Source: Octopus vulgaris (Eukaryota). Taken from it: a stretch of 64,000 nucleotides of DNA. A program made the position numbers and the translations under genes. The stretch covers positions 47,740,001 through 47,804,000 of the forward strand of contig OX597821.1 in assembly GCA_951406725.2 (NCBI GenBank), given 5' to 3'. Each line of letters opens with the position of its first letter. The first letter of the stretch is position 1. The notes beneath the pieces are model-generated. The model did no database searches. It saw only the letters and a list, made by a program, of their open reading frames with translations, and was not told the origin of the DNA. Below, one piece after another: positions 52,181 to 64,000 of this stretch.

Positions 52181-52234
<54 letters not shown>

Positions 52235-53266
52235 TACATATATATATATATACACATATATATATATACGCACACATATACATAACACCATATTGGTAGA
52301 TAAAAATTCTTTATTTCCAAGTTAACAAGGCTACCAATGGCTTAATTTAAAAAGGGGATCTCTTTCAAGCCTGCTATATGGAAATGTTGGTACTCGTCTC
52401 TATTTTGAATGAGAATACACACACACACACACACACGTGCATGTATGTATATATACACACATGTATGTATATATGTGAGTATACATTTATACATAAATGC
52501 GTATGTATGTGTGTATATATATATATATGTATAAGTATACATACATATGACAGGTTTATATTATGCACACACACACACGCACACACACACACACACACAC
52601 ATGCACTGACACAGATAAAAAGGAGGTTGTAGTGATAGAACTATTCATATAGACTCAACAACATCCCTTTATGTTAACATATTCAGAAACAAAGATAAAA
52701 AAACTGAAGAACGACAAAAATAGTTGTTTTTATGCAAGTTCTATATTTTTGATGTACATATATAATCAAATGATTGTATGCATACATCTTATATATAGAT
52801 ATATATTTATACATATACATGCATATATATGCATTGTATGTGAGTTTGTGTGTATGTGTATTTATATATATTAACACACATGTATTTATGGATACATATT
52901 TATGTCTATGTGTGTGTGTTTGTGCTTGTTTATATGCTGGGGTGTGTTTGAAAAACTGGCTTCTTACATTAGAGAAGCTGGGTTTTTATATGCAAAGGAA
53001 GAGAATAAATCATTGTAAACAATAAGGAATTCTTCCCATGCCCACCTCCACTTCAGTCTATGTCCATCAAGGAGACATTTTAAAATAATAGAACAATATG
53101 AAGAATTAGTTATTATTTACTGCAATGATTCCAAAACTAAAACAAGCAATATAATTATACTTTTAAGCTTAATGTAATTTTTTAAAGTGTTTCTTTTCCA
53201 AAGAATATTTCTTATAACTACTTCTTTGTTATTGTTGTTGTTGTTGCTGTTGCTGCTGTTGCTGTT

Positions 53267-53580
53267 GAGTGAACGGTCTTCGTCCTAGTGGGGGAAGTCT
53301 GAAATGTGGTCCTTTGCTATTCGTAAGATCCGCAGAAGAGAAAGCAGGTCAACCACCGACACCGAGAGCATCGACAGATGGATGAATGCACATCCAGGCT
53401 CAACAGTTGTGTATGAAGTCAGGAACAAGAAACAGGAAGAAAGAGTGAGAGAATACAACAGGTGTTGCCACAACCCTCTGCCGGAGCCTCGTGGAGCTTT
53501 CAGGAGTTTTCGCTCAATAAACACACACAACGCCCAGTCTGGGAGTTCGCTGCCCTAACCATTGGGCCATTGCGCCTCCA
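53267..53580 (-). mobile_element. tRNA-derived SINE family C (head partly deleted)
   Basis: Reverse complement of 56226-56590; (TTG)n tail at 53232-53266. Confidence 0.85.
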
Positions 53581-53656
53581 CTGTTGTTTCTGTTGCTAAC
53601 TATCTCTATGGTGCTCTTCACAGGCATCTATTTGCAATAAAGGTTTCTGTCTAAAT

Positions 53657-53917
53657 CAGGATCTCAACCAGGGTCCACATGGCCCTAGGTAGTCCACAAA
53701 AGATTTTGCTGTTAAAATTTATGTGCAATAAAGTGGGTCTGTCATATTTCAACGATACACATAGTATATTAACATTTTCTAATACAATTCCTACTAATAT
53801 TTAATTATGAAAATATAATAGGACTTTTTTAAACATTGAATGAGTATGACGGAAGGACCAGTTGAATGAACTAGGAATCAAAGGGGCCCATAGGCAGAAA
53901 ATGGTTCAGAAACACTG
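53657..53917. mobile_element. hAT (Charlie-type) MITE
   Basis: cag..tctcaacc / ggttcagaaacactg ends; 8-bp TSD-like GTCTAAAT / GTCTAATA. Confidence 0.65.
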
Positions 53918-54249
53918 GTCTAATACTGAGGTTTATCACAGATTCAACAACCACATTATACATTTTAAACCAAACCTCAGTTATACGTATATGTTAACGT
54001 GGGCAAATACATGGGTAAATAGAGTGAGTCTACCAGTGAGTGAGAATATATACATGCATGTTTGTATGTATGTATGTATATATGTATGCTCATATGTATC
54101 CATGCATATATCACTGTGATCACCGTGACCGACCAGGCCATCAGATGTTGTTACACATCGCTGGTCACAATGCGCTTCGCATTGTTTTAGCCTTCAAGTG
54201 ACGCCACCCTGCTGGCTAAGCGAGCAGGCCATATATATATATATATATA

Positions 54250-54299
<50 letters not shown>

Positions 54300-54547
54300 T
54301 GAGTGGGTAAACTGAAGAAGGGCATTCAACACATTTATTGAGAGTTACATGTATGGATCATTACTGGCCAGCCACATTTAGCAACTAAAAGACGATGGAG
54401 TTCCACACTTGATCTCATAGAAAATCCTCGAACACTCAGGATCCCATATCAATGGAATGAAATGCTGCGAGCTATACATGGCCGAAGGGAGATAATCCAG
54501 ACTTTTCCCCTCCATATTTTAAAGAGGTCATAAGCCAACAGATCTTA

Positions 54548-54606
54548 GGGTCTGATAATATGCCATAAAGTTAAACCCTTTATGGACAGGAAACCCAGGG
54601 TAACTC
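54548..54606 (+). ncRNA. Type I hammerhead ribozyme with a G8A core change
   Basis: GGGT-CTGATAA (54552-54558)...CCATAAAG ttaaacc CTTTATGG..-GAAA-CCCAGGG-TA^ACTC; stem I GGGT/ACTC. Confidence 0.55.
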
Positions 54607-55930
54607 CACACACGTGTGTGTGTGTGTGTGTGTGTTAAGAATCAATTATACTACAGGTTGAAAATTTGGTGTAGGTGGCTAGTTGATTGCATCAACCCCA
54701 GTGCTTGATTGGTACTTATTTGACCAACCTGAAAAGACGGAAGGCAAAGCTGACTTTCATGGAATTGTAACAAAGAACATAAAGACACACAAAATTCCAC
54801 TGAGCATTTTGTTCAGTACAGTAATGATTCTGCTAGCTTCCCATGTTGTGCGTGTTAATAATAATAACAAAAGTTTAATCAGATGTAACAAAAGTACTGT
54901 TCCTTACTTTATTTATATTTTGGTGTAAAAGATCTTTGACTGTTCCTCAGGAAATGAAATGAAATGATGCTTAACATTTTCTATCCTTCTCTCTCTAATT
55001 CTTTCTCACTCCAACTGTGTGTGTGCACGTGTGTATATATATATATAGAGAGAGAGAGATAGAGAGAGAGAGATAGGTAGATAGATAGATAGATGTGTGC
55101 ATATGTAAATATATACATATACACATATACATACATAGATATATCCAGATTATGTAATAGAATAAAGAAATATTTATGCAAAATTTCATACCTTTCCAAT
55201 TGTTTCCTTACCAATAACAATGCTTGCCATTTAGAGGTTTTCTTTTCAGCTTTTTATCATTTATAAATTATTATCTTCTTCCGATATAGCTAACGTTGTT
55301 ATTGCAACCAAAACCATTGTAAGGATATGAAATTTTGAATAAATATTTCATTCTGCTTTTACATAATCCAAAACTGTAAGACTCAATGGCTATTTCAGCC
55401 TTGAGCATAAATCTTAAGACTATGTGTTTGCAGTATGACCGTGTTTCAGGCTGAATTTTTGAGAACATGATGGAGCATATGGAGTTCTAATGAAATAATT
55501 ACATTTTATTACACACTATCGTTGTAAACCAGACAATGATGATGGTAATGATGATGATGATAACGATGACGACAATGAGGAAAATGACTATGATGAGTGT
55601 GATGTCGAATATAATGATGAAAATGACAATGATGATGATGATGGCAGTATGCAAGGTTTGGTAAGAGATTGACTCATTGGTGAGTATTCAAAGACAATTG
55701 ATGTGTCACAGACTAATATCTTATTGTGGCAAATTCACCATAAGTAACACAGACACTCCTTTATCCCTTACCATTGCCAGATGTATATTGTAGCCAGTGC
55801 ATGGCTTGTTATAAAGCTGTAACCAGTGAAACTGTTGCTCACAAGTCTTTCAGTAAAATCAAACACAGAACTTTGCCTGAAATCTTTCATGTAGTGGTGA
55901 TGTTGTGTAGCATATACACCGCTGGCACAA

Positions 55931-56160
55931 GGCGGCGAGCTGGCAGAAACGTTAGCACGTCGGGCAAAATGCTAAGTGCTATTTCATCTGCCGTTACGTT
56001 GTGAGTTCAAATTCCTCCGAGGTCGACTTTGCCTTTCATCCTTTCGGGGTCGATAAATTAAGTACCAGTTACGCACTGGGGTCGATGTAATTGATTTAAT
56101 CCCTTTGTCTGTCCTTGTTTGTCCCCTCTATGTTTAGCCCCTTGTGGGTAATAAATAAAT
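55931..56160 (+). mobile_element. SINE family B
   Basis: High identity to other B copies. Confidence 0.88.
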
Positions 56161-56225
56161 ATATACACCACTGGCACCACCACATCCACCACTACCTCAA
56201 CAACAAAAACAGCAGTAGAAGCAGT

Positions 56226-56590
56226 GGAGGTGCAATGGCCCAATGGTTAGGGTAGCGGACTCGCAGTCGGAGGATCGCGGTTTCGATTCCCAGACCGGGC
56301 GTTGTGTGTGTTTATTGAGCGAAAACATCTAAAGTTCCACGAGGCTCTGGCAGTGGGTGGTGGCGACCCCAGTTGTACTCTTTCGCTCCAACTTTCTCTC
56401 ATTCTTTCTTCCTGTTTCTTGTCCCCGACTTCCTATGCAGCCACTGAGCCTGGATGTGCATTCATCCATCCGTCGATGCTCTCAGTGTCGGGGGTTGACC
56501 TGCTTTCTCTTCTGTGGGTCTTACGAATAGCAAACGACCACATTTTGGACTTCTCCCATCTTGCGAGCTCTGGGATGAAGAACGTTTGAT
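56226..56590 (+). mobile_element. tRNA-derived SINE family C, full length
   Basis: ggaggtgcaatggcccaatggttaggg (A box), ggtttcgattcc (B box), (CAA/CAG)n tail. Confidence 0.85.
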
Positions 56591-57118
56591 CAACAGCAAC
56601 AGCAACAGCAACAGAAGCAACAACAATGCAATAATAAGAAGAATAACAAAGACAACAGTGACACCAGTGATGATTATAGGTCAGTTCAAAAACAAAAGAT
56701 AGCTTATAGCTTGTTTATTCGTTGTATAAAATAGAAGACAAAACAGCCCAAAGTGGACGAGTAGGGCAACTGATTAAATCCTCTATTAATCTGTGTCAAT
56801 ATAAGTGATGTAATAAAACATTGACAAGCAGGGAACCAATAAAACAATACACTTGAAATCAAGTGAAGGTACTCGATGTGGGAGTAGACAACCCAGAGAT
56901 ATTGATGACAAACATGTCTTGGTGACCTGGCACTATCTATCTCTTGGTCTGTTTAGCTGTTTATCATTCTTTCTGTTTATCTATCAATTATGTATCTGTT
57001 GGTCAATCTATTGATCAATCTGTCTCAGTCTATCTGTTTGTCCAATCCATCAATTAATTTATCCTTTAAACTTTCTTTCTTTCTGTCTATCTATCTTTCT
57101 ATTATAAATATATGATAA

Positions 57119-58045
57119 CTAGTGGGACCTGTGAAATTCCACAGAATGATAAAGATTAAGAAAAGCTATTTAAGAAAGAAAGGATGATTTGCATTTTTAT
57201 TTAGCTAAGTTAGTTCACTTCCAGTCACAATAATATATAACATCATTTTAAAATTTCCCTCTCTACCACTTCAACAAACTTTTTAACCCTCCACATGTCT
57301 TTAACATTTCTCTCTTTCTCTTCACCCCTCTCTTCCACTAACCACATGCATGACAGCATAATGCACTGCTTGGCTGTCTGCTCTCTCACATTCCCTCTTC
57401 CTCTCTCTAATTCCACCTCCTCCTCCTCTCTAACATACTAAAGTGTAAAGTGTGAACGAACAGGTAGAAGAAGAATATTATAGATTTAGGTCAATAAAAA
57501 ATATGCTTTGCACTATCAACCACCGTCACCACTGCAATTATCATCATTATAGCTTTCAGTAACAAAGCTCATTTTTTTCATTCCATTTCAGTCCAGCTGT
57601 TTGTTTATATCTACATTTTCTTGCTGTCAATGTTCTCTACTCTGACAATACAAATGCCATCTGCCTCTCTCTCTCTCCCCCTCTCTCTCTTAATGTAACT
57701 GTCTCCTCTGTCCATCTCTCTCTATCTGCCTTTTTTAACTTCACCAGCAGAGCATCACCCTCTGGTGAATTTTGTATCCTAAACATATCTCTTTCTCTTT
57801 ACCTTTCCCTCCCTACCCTGCTGCACGTTGTCAAACTTCTCTCTCCCTCTTTTCTCTCACCATTTTTTGTCTTGCCCTTCAACCTCTCCCTTCAACTAAT
57901 CATGTGATGCATTTGGCCTTATTATACATATTTCTCTTCTTTCTTATCTATTCACGCTACCTCCTCTCTCCCACTTTTACTCCACCTCTACATCTCTAAC
58001 CAACTAAAGTATAACGGATGAACGAACAAGCAGATTATTATACAT
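57119..58045 (-). mobile_element. Non-autonomous Helitron-like element with two related 5' ends
   Basis: Minus strand: A|TCTATAATA at 57484; 3' hairpin CTGTG gaattt CACAG then gtccca-CTAG|T (57119-57122); second similar 5' end near 58045. Confidence 0.5.
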
Positions 58046-58347
58046 ATTAACGATGTCAAAATAATATTATCTTTTCCAAACATATTTATGAGAAAAACCT
58101 GAACATTTACTGTTGGTGTGACCCTATTGATAGTAAAATGAAATTTATTGTAAAGGTGACTGGGACTTCAATTTTCCCCTATCAGTTTGTTCAGCTTGTG
58201 AAAGAAACACCACCCACTTGTGTTTCTAAACAAGGAAGGCAGCATCCTTACAAAATGGGATTTGTAAGAGATAGGTTTTACTATTTGTGAAGAATTTTAA
58301 TGAAACAAATTTAGTAAATAATGTTTAAAGGCAAAAGAAGTATGTAA

Positions 58348-58590
58348 CCTTTTTGATACCATTCTGCCTGAGCCCATCCCTGGTTCTATAATGCAAATTT
58401 CTCTTTTAAAAGTTATTAAAATTAAAACCTTCCCTCAAAACCTTATGCTCATATGTATTGCAAATATGAGATAAATAAGCAAGTTAGCTAACTAACTATA
58501 CATTATTTTCAACAGAAATACGGTTGCAAAAGGGTTAACCCTTTGGTAACAAACCTTCCAAGACCACCCCAGGTGCTATGATACAAGAGT
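58348..58590. mobile_element. piggyBac-type MITE(s) related to 10148-10630
   Basis: ..aaccttttgatacc ... ggttgcaaaaggg-TTAA-ccctttggtaac, two ends sharing one TTAA. Confidence 0.55.
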
Positions 58591-60100
58591 ATGAAGAAGA
58601 ACACTGAACTCTGGTGAGATTTTTGAGGAAAAAATGTTATGCTTTTCATACACAAAAAACAAATGTTACTGAGAAATATTTGAATGTTATTGTTTTTGGT
58701 GTAGTTGTAGATGTAGATAAAGGGTGGTTAGTAACTTGTCAGCTACTGACATCTGATGTCGTTTGTCCTGTAACTGTTCATTGCCTTTGTGTTGTCAGCA
58801 ACTGTTTGCTGTTTCTGTTGACCATTTCCAACAGCATCTGTCAATGCTCTCTCTGTTGTATCCTAAAATTTTGTCTATATCAGTCATGGTGTATCAAATT
58901 TATACTGGTTGATAGACTCAGAAGGAAGCACACCAAAATATGAGATTGTCACTGGAGCCTATTCCATAAGAAGTTGTGATTGCTCAGATTTTTTGTTGAT
59001 CACATGGGCAATATTCTAGCAAATTGCAACATTGGGTGGTTACTGAATATCCCTGCTACACATGTATCATGTTTTAAAATTATCTACATTAAAATTTTTC
59101 ATCAAAATTTAATCTAGGTTCCAAATACTAGCATAATGATGGCAAATTTCTTCCTTATATCATTTACTGTACTATTACATGTACTATTGCAGGTACTATT
59201 ATTGATACTATGATTAACTATTACCAGTAGTATTATTGGCACTATTACTGGTACTGTTACTAGTATTATAGCAGTTACTAGAATGTAGTTGGTTGTATTG
59301 GTTATACTTCTAACACTTTAGGTAGTGTGCCAAGTGAGGAGAGACTGACTTTGTGCAAATTTCTATTGCTGGAAACAGCAGAAAATCTACAAAGGAAAAC
59401 AACATACTTTAAAAGGAAAATTAATGAAAGAAAATATTCGTCAGGTTGTAAATTTAAGAAACTCTGTTCTATAGAACTATCTCTCTTAGATTATTAGCAT
59501 TTCCCCTCATTTCAAATGTTTGATATTTTTGTAGGCAATGCAACAATGAAGTTGAATAACATGAAAGGGAATAAGTTTTAAACTACCTCACCATGTGGTT
59601 GGTTTGAATACCGCATAGAATTATATACGAAGTAGCGGAAAGAAATATATTCTTGTTTATGTAGAGAATTTAGAAAAGTCCATACTATTTATGTTTTAAC
59701 TGTGTTTCATTAATGTAAGTCAGGCACAGAAACATTCACATGGGATGCCAAATTATGTTCTTGTAGCTGTGTACATGTCTTTATTTATGCGTGTGCATAT
59801 GTGCCTGTGTATATACTAACACACAAACACACAGATACACATACATGCATATATATGTATAAATATATGTACATAGAGAGACCTGGTCTTTTGTTCTCAG
59901 TTCATAACACCCCCCCCTTTCCAATGTTCCATGCTGGAGAGAAGATAACAGCTCCAAAATAAATGAATCAGTCAATCTGGGTGGGTGGTTTTTGAATCCT
60001 GACTTGGTGTGTTTACACCTATCTGCCTACAGATGATTGCAGTCTTAGGACTGAAACAAGTAAAAGCTAAGTGATAATGTATATATACATATATATATAT

Positions 60101-60430
60101 ATAAACAATTCATAAATAAGGGCAAACAAAAAAATTTCTAATGCCAAATATGCCAAAAAATTGGACATATTGTCCATTAACCATATAATTTTTTCACAAT
60201 ATGCATGCTACTCGAAAAAAGGTTGACAGAAATTTCTAAAAAATTTCTAAAAAATCGAGTGGTGTGCGTATTGTGAAAAGATTATATGGTTAATGGACAA
60301 TATGGCCAATTTTTCGACATATTTGGCATTAGAAATTTTTTCGTTTGCCCTTATTTATGAATTGTCTATAAATTTAACCTTTGAAGGTATTTTTTAATAT
60401 GCTGGCCATTGTTAAATTTTTTTCAAAAAG
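60101..60430. mobile_element. (TA)n-embedded inverted-repeat element (family of 31050-31388)
   Basis: ~115-bp arms at 60101-60215 and 60255-60369 plus the shared tail aaatttaacctttgaaggtattttttaatatgctggccatt. Confidence 0.75.
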
Positions 60431-60461
60431 AATTTTTTCGAAGAAAATTTTATCCTACATT

Positions 60462-60496
<35 letters not shown>

Positions 60497-60498
<2 letters not shown>

Positions 60499-60898
60499 CG
60501 TAGGAGTGGCTGTGTGGTAAGTAGCTTGCTTACGAACAACATGGTTCCAGGTTCAGTCCCACTGCATGGCACCTTGGACAAGTGTCTTCTACTATAGCCT
60601 CGGGCCGACCAAAGCCTTGTGAGTGGATTTGGTAGACGGAAACTGAAAGAAGCCTGTCGTATATATGTATATATATATATGCATGTGTGTGTATATGTTT
60701 GTGTGTCTGTGTTTGTCCCCCCAACATCGCTTGACAACCGATGCTGGTGTGTTTACGTCCCCATTACTTAGCGCTTCGGCAAAAGAATAGGCTTACAAAG
60801 AATAAGTCCTGGGGTTGATTTGCTCGACAAAAGGCGGTGCTCCAGCAAGGCCACAGTCAAATGACTGAAACAAATAAAAGAGTAAAAGAGTAAAGAGT
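60497..60898 (+). mobile_element. SINE family A
   Basis: High identity to 201-616, small internal deletion. Confidence 0.9.
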
Positions 60899-61109
60899 AT
60901 ATATATATATATAAGTAGTTGAATGAATTATCTTAGTATGGATAATTCGGTTAAGCGATACCTGGGTAGCAAATTCACGTCAGAAAAACACGGTTGAAGC
61001 TACATGCCAAGGGCAGAGATCACGTGCTTTTGTGTGGAAATTTGTGTGTTTTTTTAATACAAATAAATGAAAGAATGGAGTTGAACGACGATTTAACAAA
61101 ATTCCTTTA

Positions 61110-61190
61110 TTCTCGACATGTTTCGAAGGCTGCATATTCCTAATTTCGAAGGAATAAGGGGTGCATTATGCCTCCTTCTCATCAGGAAAA
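61110..61190 (-). ncRNA. Intact minimal type I hammerhead ribozyme
   Basis: TTTTC-CTGATGA-GAAGG...CCTTC-GAAA-CATG-TC^GAGAA-TAAA; all core nucleotides canonical, GUC site. Confidence 0.85.
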
Positions 61191-61972
61191 ACAAGGAACT
61201 TATGTCAGCATCAAGATGAGCAAAAACTCTTAGATGACTGCCCACACGGAGTCCATCGCGATAATGAGTGTTTTTTTAAAATATTCCGTTATAAGCAGTG
61301 ATGTCAAAAATGGTTGAATGTAGAAGATTCTAGAAAGTTCAAGGGTTCAAACAAGGTTGGAGGGGAGAGATTGAAAGAATAGGAAGGTGATAGGGTGCAA
61401 GTCATATGAATGGTGATGTGTTGTTTGCTTTTGTGATTGAGTGCCTATGTGTATGTATGTATATAACTGCATTCGTGTCTATGTGTGTGTGTGCGTGATT
61501 GTGTGTGTGGTTGGGTAGATGCCAAAAACAAACAGTGGTGAAGTGACAGGTTTGTGTCTGTGTGTTTGATTGTGCTTACGATAGAGAGAGGGAGAGAGAG
61601 AGAGGAGGGCGAGGTAGAGAGACAAAGGTAAAACATACCTCAACGAATTCGGTAGTAATCCTTTATGAGTATAAAAATTTATCTATGGGGGTGATGTATA
61701 AATGGAACCAAATTATTAAAATTCAAGGAGGTTATCTATATTAATCATCATTCATATGAGTGAAAGGTATGTTTTTGCCAGTGCATGCACCTATAGGATT
61801 TTTCAACTATTGTATTTATTAAAGGGAATTTGGCGAACAATATATGGAAAAGTTTGGAATCACAGACGCCACAAAATAATGGAATATTTTAACACTCATT
61901 ATCGCGATGGACTCCATGTGGGCAGTCATCTAAGAGTTTTTGTTCATCTTGATGCTGACATAAGTTCCTTGT

Positions 61973-62055
61973 TTTTCCTGATGAGAAGGCGGCATAATGC
62001 ACCCCTTATTCCTTCGAAATTAGGAATATGCACCCTTCGAAACATATGTTGAGAA
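61973..62055 (+). ncRNA. Intact minimal type I hammerhead ribozyme (GUU site)
   Basis: TTTTC-CTGATGA (61978-61984)-GAAGG...CCTTC-GAAA (62039-62042)-CATATG-TT^GAGAA-TAAA. Confidence 0.8.
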
Positions 62056-62104
62056 TAAAGGAATTTTGTTAAATCATCGTTCAACTCCATTCTTTCATTT
62101 ATTT

Positions 62105-62158
<54 letters not shown>

Positions 62159-62983
62159 ACACACATATATAAATATATACATATATATATATACATACAT
62201 ATAATACATACATATAGATATATATTCTTTTATTCTTTTGTTTCAGTCATTTGACTGCGGCCATGCTGGAGCATCACCTTTAGTCAATGGGGACATAAAC
62301 AAGACAATGGGAGAAAAGCCAGTGATGTTGCTTGTATAATCCCAGCAGAGCAGTGACTATTACACATAGCCAAGGGTCAAATAGGCAGCAAAAGAGCAAA
62401 CTCTTGAGGTGCCTGAGGACCAAATCTAAAAGACAAAAAGGATCAATGGTCCTTTTCAAGCCCTAGGATTATAAGCCTTGTTTTTCAGATTCTGTGGCAT
62501 ATGTATTTCTTCTGACCCTAGATGAGATGCCACTTCATTACAAGATTACTCACTCTTGCCAGCTAAGTGGAATGAAGTGTTTTGCCTAAGATCACAGTGC
62601 ATCACCTTGTCCAAGAATCAAAACCACAATGTTATGATCATGTGTGCAACTCCCTAGCCATATTCCACATACCACCAATTAAGGGCCAAATGCTGACATT
62701 AAATTAAGGGAAATTAAGGTGAACTTCACTAAAGGTATCCAAAGACAAAATATATATAGGACAAAATTAGTGCTAAACTGGGTGCCATATTAATTGCACC
62801 ACTCCAAAACAAGAGACTACCCCTACGTGACTTTCATGTCATTTCCTGTTACTCACAGATCTTTAGGTCAACCCTAGCCTTTGTGCAGTCAAGTGGAACC
62901 CAATGGCATGGGATTATGAAAAAACCTGCTTAATCACATGACCACATTAAACATTAAAAGGGTCTCTTTTCACTTCTTCTTCC

Positions 62984-63062
62984 CCTTCTTCTTCTTCTTC
63001 TTCTTCTTCTTCTTCTTCTTCTTCTTCTTCTTCTTCTTCTTCTTCTCCTCCTCCTCCTCCTC
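62984..63062. repeat. (CTT)n/(CTC)n array
   Basis: Direct reading. Confidence 0.95.
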
Positions 63063-63124
63063 ATTTTCATTTTCTTTCGCTGCTGCTGCTTCTGCGCTTT
63101 ATTTTGTATAAATGTTTCTATGGA

Positions 63125-63175
<51 letters not shown>

Positions 63176-63605
63176 AAGAAAGAAAGAAAGAGAGAGAGCA
63201 TGTGTGTATGTATGTGTGAGTGTATGCATATTTATGAATATTTACACTCAAATAATTTATTTCTTCACCTAAATATATTATTGATGTATGTTATTACTGC
63301 CAGTGATCAGGATACAACTGCTGCTGCTGCTGCTGCTACTGATTGTTGTGATACTGATGATGGTGGCATTGATGGTGCAGCTACTATGACTACTGCTGTC
63401 AGTGCTAACATGTTATGTTGCTGTTTGTATGGCTGTTGTTATTGTTTCACATATAACTTACATATAACTGTAACACTAAATGTTGACAGCCATGAGAAAA
63501 GAAATTGTGGTGTTTTATATTATTTGTAGTAATTCCCATTTTATTGAAGTGGTGTGTAACAGAATGTAAGTTTGATATAGAGGAGTGAAGTGCAGTTTGT
63601 GTAGT

Positions 63606-64000
63606 GGATCTTTTCGGTTTGAATGGCAGTTTTTAACATAATTTGTAGGTAACTAAACTTCGTATGCTGGTAGAATGTGTTTAGAAAACATCTTTTTCTC
63701 TTGGCTTTATTGAGAAAATTCTATAGTTTGTAAGATATTTGTTGTTGTTTTTCTTCAATTTCTGCAATTTCAACCAATCAGTGACATCTATTGAGTTAAA
63801 AAGCATTCTGTGCCGTATGAATATGTCCCTCGCTTAAGAAACAGATTGGGTTTATTTACATTTGTGAAGAGAAAAAAAGATACCCTCCCCCCCCACCCTA
63901 ACCAACCCTAAAACAGATTGAAATGCAATAGATCGATACTAGGGTCATAATTATGGGTGACAATTTCATATGACACCGCTAGAAAAAACTGCCGCTCAAA
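63606..64000. mobile_element. Non-autonomous DNA transposon/MITE, right TIR cut by window edge
   Basis: ggatcttttcggtttgaatggcagttttt at 63606; aaaaactgccgctcaaa at the window end; internal ccctaa motifs. Confidence 0.65.

Larger units (their letters stand above)
60913..62104. mobile_element. (TA)n-embedded element with ~230-bp inverted arms, each carrying a hammerhead (PLE pLTR / retrozyme-like)
   Basis: Arms at 61061-61292 and 61876-62104; flanked by (TA)n at 60898-60912 and from 62108. Confidence 0.85.

Noticed and set aside
55271-55468. ORF ending YLFKIS...C...SYIGR as a GIY-YIG endonuclease remnant
   Set aside because: Stops immediately after YIG with no downstream R/H/E motifs and no adjacent RT; likely chance
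56226-56295. tRNA gene
   Set aside because: tRNA-like head continues into a repeated SINE body with a simple-repeat tail; no complete cloverleaf

Overview
AT-rich, microsatellite-saturated eukaryotic DNA. The SINE/LINE families look like those of a coleoid cephalopod, probably Octopus; this is recognition, not a database result. No host gene can be identified with confidence, only a few weak exon candidates, and most listed ORFs are translations of microsatellites or SINEs. Mobile DNA dominates. It includes one near full-length RTE-clade LINE (~31413-35748, minus strand; APE endonuclease plus reverse transcriptase with an internal PHD-like finger, a single frameshift and a 90-bp tandem-repeat 5' end) and many older RTE fragments. 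Also present are a DD36E Tc1-type transposon, two mariner relics, CR1/L2 and HERO-like LINE 3' ends, piggyBac-, hAT- and Helitron-type non-autonomous elements, and at least four SINE families. The most interesting signal is not in the ORF track: a set of short non-coding elements sitting in (TA)n tracts, usually built as asymmetric inverted repeats. Many carry minimal type I hammerhead ribozyme cores (CUGAnGA...GAAA-palindrome-UH), for example at 126-664, 18860-18949, 19762-19807, 31200-31253, 54548-54606 and the intact pair at 61110-61190 / 61973-62055. This matches Penelope-like-element pLTR / retrozyme-type self-cleaving RNAs, present here as several distinct families. Coordinates of degenerate repeats are approximate.
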